Virus record (IMG/VR): IMGVR_UViG_3300028388_004078
Coordinates: 1-53,475 of that record
Strand: one strand, 5' to 3'
DNA from: a virus
Lineage: Duplodnaviria; Caudoviricetes
DNA: 53,475 nt
Position numbers and translations under genes: made by a program. This document shows, piece by piece, positions 1 to 9,376 of this stretch. Below the pieces are notes generated by a model. That model made no database searches. It was not told the DNA's origin and saw only the letters and a program-made list of their open reading frames with translations. Numbering within the stretch: the stretch's first letter is position 1; each line of letters opens with the position of its first letter.

Positions 1-187
1 CGGTAGATATACGGACACTGTAACCGGTGATAGCAGAACCACCGTCGTCGGGGTCCGCCGCTCTGGTCACGCTGATCTGGGTGTCGCTGTCCACCACAAG
101 TGTTGGAGGCACCATTTGTGCAGGTACGGTTGGCGCTTCGGCAAATCTGCGCGGCGCGCTTATACTCAAACCCAGCGAAAATTGCAT
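1..187 (-). CDS. Head spike/fibre protein with fibronectin-III-like domain (runs off the window edge)
   Basis: Manual translation MQFSLGLSISAPRRFAEAPTVPAQMVPPTLVVDSDTQISVTRAADPDDGGSAITGYSVRIST; Fn3-type PxDGGSxITGY motif; follows the spike base gene. Confidence 0.65.
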   Translation of the reverse strand, partial: MQFSLGLSISAPRRFAEAPTVPAQMVPPTLVVDSDTQISVTRAADPDDGGSAITGYSVRIST

Positions 188-228
188 AATGCGCGCCCTG
201 TGTGTTTAGTTACGGTGACACGAGCGAG

Positions 229-492
229 TCAAATCCAGCCGGTTATTTGGGATGCCGTTGTGCCAGTTGCGTTTATCCGGGTAGCTACCAATGGATATGT
301 TCCAACAGGGAGATTCCCGGTTACGTGTGTGTTTCCTTTTCTATCAACGAAGGAAATGGCTCCACCGCTATTTATCGTAACTGCCCGAATAGGTACAGAA
401 AGGTCTGTTACGTCGCTGGGGGTAATTGAACTAGCCCCCAGTGCCGGACCTGTAAATTGCGGAGCGTAATTCTGAAACGTATCCTGCGCCAT
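229..492 (-). CDS. Head spike base protein (RcGTA Rcc01079-like)
   Basis: 87 aa with ITPSD..DL...RA and PL.ATRINATGTTA motifs typical of the family. Confidence 0.7.
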   Translation of the reverse strand: MAQDTFQNYAPQFTGPALGASSITPSDVTDLSVPIRAVTINSGGAISFVDRKGNTHVTGNLPVGTYPLVATRINATGTTASQITGWI

Positions 493-507
493 CCGGCTCC
501 CCGTTGA

Positions 508-1116
508 TTAAGAAGATGGGTTATCTTCGTCTTCGATTTTTTCGTTTTCAAGTTTGACCAAAGTGGAAATTACGGTATCTTTACTTGCCCGATGATGAAT
601 CTTAGTGTTATAGCGCTTTAGGGCCATTTCACGCAAGGATTCTTCTGGGAACCCATTTAAGTATTCCTCAACGTCAGAATTTCCCGTGACCTTTTTGGCA
701 ATAACATCCAATGGATCATTGTCTGGGTCAAAAAACTTTTCCGTGGAAGATTTCTCATCAAGCGTAATGGGAGCGGCGGTTGGTTCTTCCGGGACTTCGT
801 CCGTACTTTCGTCTGTTTTGGTTGCGTCTACCGGAAACCATGTATACCACCCAGAAGCAACCATGTCAAACGCGTTGGCTTTGGCTACTTCGTGGGCGTT
901 GCCATCCTTGTCATATACGGTCTGCGTTGATTCGGATGGGTCCACAGGCCCATCAGACTCGATACGCTCTTTTCCGATATCATCCAAACCCCAGAAAAAC
1001 CTTCCAGTTGTTACAAGCTCTCTTGCATTCATGAGCGTTGCTTTTACAGGGTTTCTGTTGGCATCAAAAACGGTTACTTCTTCTGTTTTTGCGTCGAAGT
1101 TGTTCTGTGCGGTCAT
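508..1116 (-). CDS. Acidic hypothetical protein in head module
   Basis: 202 aa ORF with RBS; internal repeat (VFDANRNPV../VYDKDGNAH..). Confidence 0.6.
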   Translation of the reverse strand: MTAQNNFDAKTEEVTVFDANRNPVKATLMNARELVTTGRFFWGLDDIGKERIESDGPVDPSESTQTVYDKDGNAHEVAKANAFDMVASGWYTWFPVDATKTDESTDEVPEEPTAAPITLDEKSSTEKFFDPDNDPLDVIAKKVTGNSDVEEYLNGFPEESLREMALKRYNTKIHHRASKDTVISTLVKLENEKIEDEDNPSS

Positions 1117-1144
1117 GTCGGGACTCCGTTATTTACGTCAGAAA

Positions 1145-1167
1145 ACAGGGAGCCAAAGGCTCCCTGT
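1145..1167 (-). terminator. Intrinsic terminator
   Basis: ACAGGGAGC-caaag-GCTCCCTGT hairpin with U-run on the minus strand. Confidence 0.6.
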
Positions 1168-1178
1168 TACGCGCAATA

Positions 1179-1670
1179 TCAGCGCTTGATGTTCAACCAA
1201 GAAGAGAAAGTGATCGAAGGAGTGGTTCCCGCAAGAACCGCCTGTAAAGCAATTTCCGTGCGGTCTGCTTCGAGTTTTTCGATGGTTGCAGCGTCAAGGG
1301 GCACAACAAACTGACCGGTCTGCGCAGTGCCCGCTGGCAGGACGAGAGAGCCAACAAGCGCGCCAGAAGCACCATCCCCTGCGTCACCTGCGTAAACGTT
1401 GAACGTGTACGCTTCATCCCCATCCGCAATATCGACGGTAGAAACGGCAATCACTACGTCGTAGCCTTGCGCGCCCAGTTTGTTTGCGAGATCCCCGCGA
1501 CCCCCGACCATCTTATCTAGTGCGCCCAGATTGAGGCCGGTTGATGTTGCGTATGTACCACCCGCGAGAGCGGCTGCATCTAGAACAGCAGTAGCAGTAA
1601 CCGCTGCGGAGCCCGGCGCAACAAAAGCCGTGTCCTTATCGTAAGTGTAATTGACTTCAGAGCGAGCCAT
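1179..1670 (-). CDS. Minor capsid/decoration protein
   Basis: Ala/Gly/Thr-rich 163 aa ORF directly downstream of MCP. Confidence 0.65.
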   Translation of the reverse strand: MARSEVNYTYDKDTAFVAPGSAAVTATAVLDAAALAGGTYATSTGLNLGALDKMVGGRGDLANKLGAQGYDVVIAVSTVDIADGDEAYTFNVYAGDAGDGASGALVGSLVLPAGTAQTGQFVVPLDAATIEKLEADRTEIALQAVLAGTTPSITFSSWLNIKR

Positions 1671-1712
1671 GTGTATTCTCCTGTGAGTAGAGGTCTGTGC
1701 CTTCTAAAGGGG

Positions 1713-1740
1713 TTAACTGAGGGGCAGGCCCCTCAGTTAA
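1713..1740 (-). terminator. Hairpin after MCP (terminator or stabiliser)
   Basis: TTAACTGAGGGG-cagg-CCCCTCAGTTAA perfect inverted repeat. Confidence 0.6.
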
Positions 1741-1742
1741 GG

Positions 1743-2669
1743 TCACTTGACGACCGCAGCGTCGCTGATGCCGCGCAAACGTGCCGCAGCCCGTCCGTGC
1801 AGAACTGCCATGCCGACAAGCCACTCGACTCGGGTGCGCATGGCCGGACGGTCCTGAAGTTCTCCAAGGTCACGAACTTCCATGATTCCGTTCTGAAGAC
1901 CGACCACGCCTTCGTCCGACATGTTTACACAGTAAATCGAAGTAGCCGTCGCTGTCGAACCGCCGGAACCGACTTCGTCGAAGGCGATGATCTGTTTGTT
2001 GGACGCATCGTAGTCCATGACTACAATTGGAAGACCGTCGAACTGAGTGACCCGGCGACCGAACTCGTCCTGAGTGTAGGTGATGTAGCCACCCACAGCA
2101 GGGTCCGTAGCAGCCGCGCTAAGAAGGTTGCGCATCTTCTTCGACATGATTAGATGCGTCGGATTATCCACTTGGTCGATCAAGTCGCGTAGACGCGTGA
2201 TCGTGAGCGGGTCCCCGCCATTGGTATTCCCCTGATCCAGAAGCTGGTCGCCCTGAATACGCGTACGAAGGCCGTCGAATTCTCTTGGATCAGAAACGGA
2301 GTTACCGTTGATCATTTTCGCGCCAATTGTCAAAGACATGGCCTTGACCTTACGCAGTTCGTGCGCGCCACGAACGTCTTCGGATGTCATCTTGAGCGTC
2401 GCCAGATCGACGTCGAGGTCGCCGCCTCCGATGCGCAGGCGCTCGGTCTCAGGGTTCATGATGCCAGCGGAAGGGGTGTATCCTTCACCAACACCACGGA
2501 ATGCCACACCCGGCAGAGAGCCTTCCATGTTGTAGACATACGCACCGCCATCAACAGGGATGAAACGGGTAACGCGCAACAGATCGCTCGAGCGAGCGAA
2601 GTGCTCAATGATGGTGTTCCGCAGAACCTCACCGGGATTGAGCTTGGATGCTTCAAAAAGAGTAATCAC
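1743..2669 (-). CDS. Major capsid protein (HK97 fold, phiCbK-like)
   Basis: 308 aa; motifs LPGVAFRGVGEGY, GGDLDVD, EFDGLR, RTRVEW; position after scaffold and portal. Confidence 0.9.
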   Translation of the reverse strand: MITLFEASKLNPGEVLRNTIIEHFARSSDLLRVTRFIPVDGGAYVYNMEGSLPGVAFRGVGEGYTPSAGIMNPETERLRIGGGDLDVDLATLKMTSEDVRGAHELRKVKAMSLTIGAKMINGNSVSDPREFDGLRTRIQGDQLLDQGNTNGGDPLTITRLRDLIDQVDNPTHLIMSKKMRNLLSAAATDPAVGGYITYTQDEFGRRVTQFDGLPIVVMDYDASNKQIIAFDEVGSGGSTATATSIYCVNMSDEGVVGLQNGIMEVRDLGELQDRPAMRTRVEWLVGMAVLHGRAAARLRGISDAAVVK

Positions 2670-2833
2670 TTTCGTGTCTCCTAAACTTCGGTTTGCTTGC
2701 TTCGGTTGGTGGGCTGTGAAGCAGGCTCCCCGAGCCTAGCGACCCCCTCAACTCAGCCCGTAAGCTAAGGGTATTTGTGACGACCACCCCGTGGAAGTCT
2801 GTGTGGCGGGGGCAGGAACGCTGCCCCTGCCTG

Positions 2834-3652
2834 TTAGGTAAGTCCGTGCTTCCGCGCGTACTTCATGCGTTCTGCGGGAGGCATCTTTTCCATCTCACTT
2901 TGGGTCAAACGCCCGCCAATTTTGTCAGAGTTTCCGCTTGCGCCGCCGCCTCTGGAGCCTTGGAAAAGAAACTCATTTTCCGAGCGCTCTTTCAACAACC
3001 ACTCTTTCATAGACATCGGCGTGACTCCGTCAGAGCCGTAAATCACAGTACCGTCGCCGGTTTTTGGCGTCACCTTTCCATCGTCTTCTACCCGGAAAGT
3101 TTGTAGCGCCTTTGGAAGAACGAAAGTCACGGCCTTGTCGATCATCGCGATATCCGGGTCCGCCGCTGCCAAACGTACAGCGTTCTCTACCTGCATTGAG
3201 TTAGCACGTTGCTCCGCCTTAACGGCTCGTTCTTTGTGTGCGTCGCGATCACGCGCGGCTGTTGCCAGTTGTTCTTTGTACGACTGGTGTACCTCGCTTA
3301 CGCGAGCCGCCGCCGCTTCTTCCAAAGATGTGTTCTCGACGAGTGCCCCGTCTTCGACTTTCTTCTTGGTCTCTCTCAACGAATCAAGGACAGCAGCGAA
3401 CTCATTCAGCTTTCCAGACTCTAGATCGGGTAGGGGTACTCCGGTGACTTGCTCATATTGAGACAAAGCCGCCTGCATGCCGTCACGCTCCTTGGAAATT
3501 TCGATATTTTTTTCTCGAAACTCCTTTACGCGCACGGCGCCATCAACGGTGACGATGTATTTTCCGTTTTCGCCCTCTTCCGCATACTCTCGGATTCCCT
3601 CCGGGACATCCGACAACGATTCATACGTAAGTTTTGCTGCCATTTTTTTCAC
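2834..3652 (-). CDS. Capsid scaffolding protein
   Basis: Charged coiled-coil, GGGASG linker and C-terminal ERMKYAR helix; lies between portal and MCP. Confidence 0.75.
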   Translation of the reverse strand: MKKMAAKLTYESLSDVPEGIREYAEEGENGKYIVTVDGAVRVKEFREKNIEISKERDGMQAALSQYEQVTGVPLPDLESGKLNEFAAVLDSLRETKKKVEDGALVENTSLEEAAAARVSEVHQSYKEQLATAARDRDAHKERAVKAEQRANSMQVENAVRLAAADPDIAMIDKAVTFVLPKALQTFRVEDDGKVTPKTGDGTVIYGSDGVTPMSMKEWLLKERSENEFLFQGSRGGGASGNSDKIGGRLTQSEMEKMPPAERMKYARKHGLT

Positions 3653-3835
3653 AACACCCCGTGTTGCGCCCTTCTGATGTTAAACTGAAACCACCGGCTT
3701 CAGGCGAGGGTGGGTCCCTCTATTACAAATAGTCACATTTGTATCGACTAGACAAAATGCGGTTATTTGATTTGATGCATTGATACACGAAAAGAACTAA
3801 AAAGTCAAGTTATTGACAGTAAACGGGTCACACTT

Positions 3836-4027
3836 TTAGAACTTTTCTGGGTCATCAAAGAAAAAAGACGGATCATACGAGCGGTTCAAATGGTTTAGGA
3901 TGGTCTGAGCCGCGTCTTCGCCAACTAAATCCTTCAAGTATTCGTAAGACATGTCCGGGAATGAATCATCCAGATCGTCCAGATCGTCCAACGCATAAAT
4001 ATCGTCTTGAATATCGCGTCGCGACAT
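3836..4027 (-). CDS. Small acidic hypothetical protein
   Basis: 63 aa ORF abutting the portal stop codon. Confidence 0.5.
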   Translation of the reverse strand: MSRRDIQDDIYALDDLDDLDDSFPDMSYEYLKDLVGEDAAQTILNHLNRSYDPSFFFDDPEKF

Positions 4028-5656
4028 TTAACCAGACTCACTACGGTTCATTTCCCTAGCCGCGCGCGCTTGGCTGGGAACACCCGGCATATCCGGATCG
4101 TCTGGGTTGCCTTCAACATCCTCACCAGAGGTTCCGAGTCCTTCCTGCGTCAGTCGGTACTCATGAAAACTCTTTGCGTCAGGAAACATCTGCATTTTTG
4201 CCAAAACATCTACCATATTCGGGAACTGCTTGCTGTCCCGAAGAAGCTGTTCGTATTCGGCTTTGTCCATCCATTCAGGAATTACATCGGCACGCTTCAG
4301 ATAATCGTACACAACTTCAAGCGGAATAACCCCATCCGCGTACATCTGATGAATTGCTCTAAATTCTCTAGCTCCGGCGTCTTTTATTAGGAAATCGCGG
4401 CTAACCTCGAACAGTATTTCGTCAATTTCTGTTTGGGAAGCATTGTTCCAGTCGGCCCACCAACGCAATGTTTGCGTGAGACCGTCATCGGAGGTATCGG
4501 CAAGGTTCAAAAGAAGCGTTTGCTCGTTCTTCTCCTGCATAAGCAGCGAATTATCGCTTTCGGAGGCGCCGCGAGAGGTACCCGGCATCATTCGACCCCC
4601 AATAGCCGAGATTTGTGATTCTTTTTGTGCCAGAGCGCTTTCAAGGAACTTCAGGCCGACGCCATTGAACTCCAGAATCCCGGCTTGCTCACCTTTGTCC
4701 AGTATCCATACCGTGTCCGGGCCAACGCTGTATTCCGCCTGCGCGTTTGCATCGTTTTGAACCCAGTAAGTGGGGCACGCCGTGTAAAAACGTCCATGCT
4801 CAAGCTGCGCGTACGAATAATAGTGCGCATAATTCAAAGTCACAATATCCAGAATAGGCGGCTTTTGTACGTCTGGATGGTTCGTAAATGGCCCAACAAT
4901 CAAAAACGGGATGTAATCCAGTGTTTGGCCACGCACCGTAGGGGTAATAATTTGATTGGGGATATTGTCCAGATCGGGAACGCTGAAAGAATCTAGGTCT
5001 TCGTAAAGGAACTGCTCGTATACGACAACACCATCATAATCATTCAGAAGAAGCATTCGGTAACGTACTTTGTACTCGTAAGGTGCCCACAAACCCTTCC
5101 GATCATAGTATATTTCCCGTAGTGTTACCTTTGCAAGCTTCCAGCGGCCATTTATCTCCGCCATCTCCCAATCGACTATGTTTTCTGCAACATAGTGCGC
5201 GATGTAGGCATCTCCTGTTCCGTCGGGGTTTGCGTCTACCAACATCCCGAACCTGCCCACAGCCAAAACTTCCTTTACCATTGTTTTGGCAAGGAGGTGA
5301 AGGGACATTCCGTCTTTTGTGATGTTGGAAATATTTGGCTTAAAACGTTTCGGAAGTCCAGAAATCTTTGGGAGACGCTTGAAAACTGTGCCATAAAGCG
5401 CATTAAGAGTTCGAGAAGTCATGTTGTAGAATACCGCACGTTGCAGATAAGCAGCGTACTGCTTCGCGTCGTGCATTGGCATTTTTGGGAGATATTTTTC
5501 CCTCTTGCGCTTTACCTCAACCTCCCCGATCTCGGCATCCCTAATTTTCTCCCATTCCGGAGCGTAATAAACGTAATCCGGGTGAAGAAAAGAAGACGCC
5601 CTTTGTGGGACGGCCATTTCGTTGCGAACAGTCGGATTTGGCACTTGTGTAGACAT
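4028..5656 (-). CDS. Portal protein (DUF4055-type)
   Basis: 542 aa; HPDY, YLPK, YLQRAVFYNMT, KPPILD motifs. Confidence 0.88.
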   Translation of the reverse strand: MSTQVPNPTVRNEMAVPQRASSFLHPDYVYYAPEWEKIRDAEIGEVEVKRKREKYLPKMPMHDAKQYAAYLQRAVFYNMTSRTLNALYGTVFKRLPKISGLPKRFKPNISNITKDGMSLHLLAKTMVKEVLAVGRFGMLVDANPDGTGDAYIAHYVAENIVDWEMAEINGRWKLAKVTLREIYYDRKGLWAPYEYKVRYRMLLLNDYDGVVVYEQFLYEDLDSFSVPDLDNIPNQIITPTVRGQTLDYIPFLIVGPFTNHPDVQKPPILDIVTLNYAHYYSYAQLEHGRFYTACPTYWVQNDANAQAEYSVGPDTVWILDKGEQAGILEFNGVGLKFLESALAQKESQISAIGGRMMPGTSRGASESDNSLLMQEKNEQTLLLNLADTSDDGLTQTLRWWADWNNASQTEIDEILFEVSRDFLIKDAGAREFRAIHQMYADGVIPLEVVYDYLKRADVIPEWMDKAEYEQLLRDSKQFPNMVDVLAKMQMFPDAKSFHEYRLTQEGLGTSGEDVEGNPDDPDMPGVPSQARAAREMNRSESG

Positions 5657-5741
5657 GTGGAGATATTGCTATATAAAATAGCACATGTCAATACCCTTCG
5701 GTTCGAGGGGTGAGACAAAATGGCGTTCTGAACGTTTTTTA

Positions 5742-5816
5742 TGGATCCGCCTGCGAGAATCGAACTCGCTCCCCCGGAGTACAAAACCGGTGCCCCACCA
5801 TTTGAGCTTAGGCGGA
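5742..5816 (-). tRNA. tRNA-Thr(TGT)
   Basis: Cloverleaf with CCA; anticodon loop TT-TGT-AC closed by a U-U pair. Confidence 0.75.
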
Positions 5817-5819
5817 ATT

Positions 5820-5870
5820 ATGTACGATCTACAAGTCATAAACCGGTTTTATGTCCTGTAGATCGTACAT
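5820..5870. repeat. Long inverted repeat between tRNAs
   Basis: ATGTACGATCTACA...TGTAGATCGTACAT with inner CATAAA/TTTATG pairing. Confidence 0.8.
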
Positions 5871-5877
5871 TAGAAGT

Positions 5878-5953
5878 TGGTGCTGACGGCGGGATTCGAA
5901 CCCACGACGCCCTACTTACGAGGCAGGCGCTCTGGCCGCTGAGCTACGTCAGC
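5878..5953 (-). tRNA. tRNA-Thr(CGT)
   Basis: Canonical cloverleaf, CCA. Confidence 0.92.
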
Positions 5954-5955
5954 AT

Positions 5956-6032
5956 TGGTGCTCCCGGCAGGATTCGAACCCGCGACGACCCGAGGTAGAA
6001 GCTCGGCGCTCTGTCCACTGAGCTACGGAAGC
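5956..6032 (-). tRNA. tRNA-Arg(TCT)
   Basis: Canonical cloverleaf, CCA. Confidence 0.92.
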
Positions 6033-6044
6033 GTTTTCGCTTGC

Positions 6045-6251
6045 TCACGCCGATTGCAAGCTATTGAACTTGCGCATGTACCGCATGAACAAGATCGCTT
6101 TGTCTTCGGCGTTGGACGTTGCCTCGCCCATGTCGTCCATAGGAACAGGAAAGGCTTCATCGAATTCTGTTAAATACCAAAGATTTCCGGCATGTGCGTG
6201 TGTGAACCGGACGCGCCTATTTTCGGTGGCAGCGCGCTTTATATCAATCAT
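6045..6251 (-). CDS. Small hypothetical phage protein
   Basis: 68 aa ORF with RBS between tRNAs. Confidence 0.6.
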   Translation of the reverse strand: MIDIKRAATENRRVRFTHAHAGNLWYLTEFDEAFPVPMDDMGEATSNAEDKAILFMRYMRKFNSLQSA

Positions 6252-6263
6252 GTCGATCTCCTG

Positions 6264-6354
6264 TGGCGGACGGCGGAGGAATTGAACCCCACACGAGTCT
6301 CCACGTGCGTACCGCTTTCCAAGCGGCCCCCGCTACCAAGCAGGATCACCGTCC
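6264..6354 (-). tRNA. tRNA-Ser(GGA)
   Basis: Long variable arm, G73, CCA. Confidence 0.88.
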
Positions 6355-6376
6355 GTTGTCTTCGGACGTAGGACAC

Positions 6377-6873
6377 TTAGTGCCCTACGCCGAACTTTCC
6401 TCGAACGCCGTGGTCAGCAACATGTGTTGCCGCCCAAGCGAAAGGCTTCGTACGAACCGGAAGACCGGTGACGCCTGTGACGTAACCGACCGCCGACGCC
6501 CGAGCACAGTTTGAGCCGTGTCGAGGGTCGTCGTTGATGTCCAAATGGACTTCAACTTCGTAATCCAACAGTTCTTCTTCCAACTGCTGGTAAACTTCGA
6601 CGGAACGATACGCTTCTTGCATCATTCGAATCATTGGGCGGTTCTTATTCTGATCGTAGTCCTGCGCCTTGTCTGTTGCAGTAAAAACGCGACATCCAGC
6701 ACGGCGTCCGTTCTCGTCAAGTTTGGAAATTACGACAACGGTTGTATAAGTTGCCCACCAAATATCCTGAGAGTCTTTCTTTCGAGAAGGTCGCAGCCGA
6801 TGTAGACATCTGAACCCGGAGGCACGGTGGCGAGATATGCCCGGACTTTTTCTAGCTTTTCTTCGGGCAGCAT
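6377..6873 (-). pseudogene. YkuK/DUF458 RNase H-like protein, frameshifted near 6790
   Basis: RBS+ATG at 6873 gives MLPEEK...VYIGCD; the rest (YTTVVVI, RMMQEA, EVHLDIN, KPFAWAATHVAD) is in another frame. Confidence 0.7.
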
Positions 6874-6961
6874 CGGCTGTCTCCTTTTTTGTTACAGGTG
6901 TAAATCCAATCCTTTCAGGCAGTGAACCCCGCCTTCGGGAGCAAAAACGTAACCGCACGTA

Positions 6962-7477
6962 TCAACGGCCATTCCCAAACCTCGGCACACGCCTTTGAGG
7001 TGGTCTAGCGTTTACAAGCACCGGCACAAAACTTAATACGCGCCCGGCGTGCTCCGCCTTAACATCAAGATGTAAATCCAGTCCTTTCAGGCAATGAACT
7101 TCGCCTTCTGGCGCAAAAACATACCCGCATGTATCCACGGGGATGAAGTGAGTGACCTGCCCGTCTCGAACGGGATAAGTCGGATCGTGGAGGACATCGG
7201 CAACAAAACCAAACGCCTTGGCATTCTCGATTGCCTCGACAAGGTCTTCGCCGGTTCCGGCGTCCAGCACAATCGTCGTGCCGAAACCCTGATGGGTCTG
7301 CGCCTTCCATTCCATGTAAGCGCTGACCTCGGTCGTGACGCCGTCGCAGTTGGCGCGTTTCAGCCGATCCATGGTAGCGGTGAAAGCGTTGGCGGCGTGG
7401 GCAGCTTGCGCCATACCCTTACCAGCGTTCATGCTTTCCATGTCGGTACGCATGAGAATGTAAAGACGCGGTTCCAT
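6962..7477 (-). CDS. Peptidyl-tRNA hydrolase, Pth2 family
   Basis: Start MEPRLYILMRTD after RBS; GKGMAQAAHA motif and TIVL. Confidence 0.8.
   Translation of the reverse strand: MEPRLYILMRTDMESMNAGKGMAQAAHAANAFTATMDRLKRANCDGVTTEVSAYMEWKAQTHQGFGTTIVLDAGTGEDLVEAIENAKAFGFVADVLHDPTYPVRDGQVTHFIPVDTCGYVFAPEGEVHCLKGLDLHLDVKAEHAGRVLSFVPVLVNARPPQRRVPRFGNGR
6978..7057. repeat. 80-bp exact repeat, copy 1 (copy 2 at 12331-12410)
   Basis: Identical sequence AACCTCGGCACAC...CGTGCTCCGC. Confidence 0.95.
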
Positions 7478-7491
7478 TGTGTTCTCCTTCG

Positions 7492-7581
7492 TGGCGGATG
7501 GCGGAGGATTCGAACCCCATGGACATTCGCCCATCCTCTGTTTAGCAAACAGTGACCGAGACCTACCCGGCAACACCATCC
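7492..7581 (-). tRNA. tRNA-Ser(GCT)
   Basis: Long variable arm, G73, CCA. Confidence 0.88.
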
Positions 7582-7587
7582 ATTTCA

Positions 7588-7836
7588 TCACCAATAGTAT
7601 TCGTGCGGCTTTTTGTCAAGAGGCCATGTCATGTTATCGGTGTCTTCGCCTCGAAGAACAAGGCGTTCCAGTTTGCGTTCTTCCCGACGACGTGGGCGGG
7701 TGTGAAACAGAATGTTGTGGCTGGACGGAGTGCCCTGCCACCAACGCCAATCTTCCGACGACAGTTTGCGCTTGAGGTCGTTACTGCTCCCGATACCCAT
7801 GTGGATGCGGGAACGCTTGCGCTTGTAGTTTGCCAT
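7588..7836 (-). CDS. Small basic hypothetical protein
   Basis: 82 aa with RBS; ends KPHEYYW. Confidence 0.65.
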   Translation of the reverse strand: MANYKRKRSRIHMGIGSSNDLKRKLSSEDWRWWQGTPSSHNILFHTRPRRREERKLERLVLRGEDTDNMTWPLDKKPHEYYW

Positions 7837-7915
7837 GATTCGTCTCCTTGCTAGGCTAACGTTTCATAGCTGTCTCCTTTCTTGATGGTGCCAGATATCT
7901 CCGTCACGTATGTGA

Positions 7916-7990
7916 TGGTGCCGCCAGGGAGAATCGAACTCCCACTAACCCCCTACCAAAGGGTTGTGCTACCATTATCACTACGGCGGC
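7916..7990 (-). tRNA. tRNA-Thr(GGT)
   Basis: Cloverleaf, CCA. Confidence 0.88.
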
Positions 7991-8005
7991 GTTACGTGTT
8001 TGGGA

Positions 8006-8176
8006 TCATGGGCTGCCGCTTTTGCGGCGTCCCGCGATCAGGTCGTGTGTGTGTTTTCGGTCGGCTTCTGGCATTTTCAGCCAGCGCTGGATTTCGTCGA
8101 GTGTTCGCCCGCAACCACTGCAAAGCATGGTCTTCGGGTCAATACGGCATACCTTGATGCACGGCGATGGTACCAT
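8006..8176 (-). CDS. DUF1289 family Cys-rich protein
   Basis: SPCIKVCRID...CSGCGRTLDEIQRW signature. Confidence 0.85.
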   Translation of the reverse strand: MVPSPCIKVCRIDPKTMLCSGCGRTLDEIQRWLKMPEADRKHTHDLIAGRRKSGSP

Positions 8177-8191
8177 CTGCGACCTCGGAAA

Positions 8192-8267
8192 TGGCAGGGG
8201 AGCAGGGAATCGAACCCCGTCTGTCGCGGTTTTGGAGACCGCCGCTCTACCAGTGAGCTGCACCCCC
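8192..8267 (-). tRNA. tRNA-Trp(CCA)
   Basis: Cloverleaf, G73, CCA. Confidence 0.88.
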
Positions 8268-8274
8268 ATGGTGT

Positions 8275-8350
8275 TGGTACTCCCGGCTGGATTCGAACCA
8301 GCGGCACCCGCCTTCGGAGGGCGGCGCTCTGTCCACTGAGCTACGGGAGT
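8275..8350 (-). tRNA. tRNA-Arg(CCG)
   Basis: Cloverleaf, CCA. Confidence 0.92.
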
Positions 8351-8399
8351 GTGATCTATCTCTGCATATCACATCCGAGCTTCGATGTAAATATGTAGA

Positions 8400-9101
8400 T
8401 CAGAGTTGGTCTGGTGTTTTTCCGGTAAGCTGGTGCCGTACTTCCTCGCGGAGGGTCATGTTGCTGCGGGGCAGCGTCATGTCGGCACCACCAGCGGCGC
8501 GTTTCTTCGGCTTGCCATACCGCTCTTGGATGACATCAAACGGGTCACGTTCGACACGCACAATCTTCTCGACAGTCCGAGGCATCGAAGAACAGGCCCG
8601 GAGGACATTGACGCCAAGGGTGATCTGATCCGCCAGATCGTATTGACCGCCAATACGCGCGCATTCTTGAATGTCGCTCCAATGCGCCGAAGTCACCTTG
8701 TAACGGACATGTCCGTTCGTCAAATAAATTTTGACGCGCTTGGGCGAGTGTCGGCGCTGTTCAGACCGACCGACACGGGCTTCCAGCCAGTATCCATCGT
8801 TCATCAAGCTCACGAGTGTGGTGGACAACGGGCCGAAAGATATCTGCGGGTTGCGCAGCGCCTGCGTCTGTTTGATGTAGACCTCGCCTTCTTCGTCGTC
8901 ATAGACGATAGTGGTCAGATTTCCTTCCCAGAGCGTGTCGCCGCGAAGCGTGCGCTGCCGGGGCTTTTGAATTTCGCCGGGCTCAAAGGCAGGCATGTTG
9001 CCCAAGCCGGGAATATGAATTTCAGAACAAGGATTTTCCATAGTCACCTCCGGTCGAATGCGCGAGCGCTGGCCATTCGTTATCGTCCAACGCTCGCGCA
9101 T
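8400..9101 (-). CDS. Hypothetical protein (start may be MENP near 9041)
   Basis: Long ORF co-oriented with the tRNA operon. Confidence 0.55.
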   Translation of the reverse strand: MRERWTITNGQRSRIRPEVTMENPCSEIHIPGLGNMPAFEPGEIQKPRQRTLRGDTLWEGNLTTIVYDDEEGEVYIKQTQALRNPQISFGPLSTTLVSLMNDGYWLEARVGRSEQRRHSPKRVKIYLTNGHVRYKVTSAHWSDIQECARIGGQYDLADQITLGVNVLRACSSMPRTVEKIVRVERDPFDVIQERYGKPKKRAAGGADMTLPRSNMTLREEVRHQLTGKTPDQL

Positions 9102-9106
9102 GGGCG

Positions 9107-9312
9107 TTAGCCCTTGAGCAGTTCAGCGATGCCTTCGGCACTTTCGCCAGCGTCGGTCAGCGTGGCGACGATGTCGTCGAGGATCACGTCCGCAGCGGCT
9201 TGCGCTACTCGGTGATCTTCCCGCGAAGCATCTTCTTGAGAGCTTCGCGCTCGTCTTTCTTGATTGCGCTGACGACTTGGGTCAGTACGCCTTGGTTTGG
9301 TTGATCGGACAT
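9107..9312 (-). CDS. Small hypothetical protein, N-terminus possibly frameshifted
   Basis: RBS GGAGG+ATG at 9312; acidic C-terminus in the 9107-9349 frame. Confidence 0.35.
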
Positions 9313-9376
9313 GTGTCCCTCCTTGGTTACAACAAGGACAGCTTAACACGCCTACAACTGATTCACAAGGTAAAAT

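Noticed and set aside
6892-7141. Diversity-generating retroelement TR/VR pair
   Set aside because: Differences are synonymous third-position changes, not adenine specific; no reverse transcriptase in the window.
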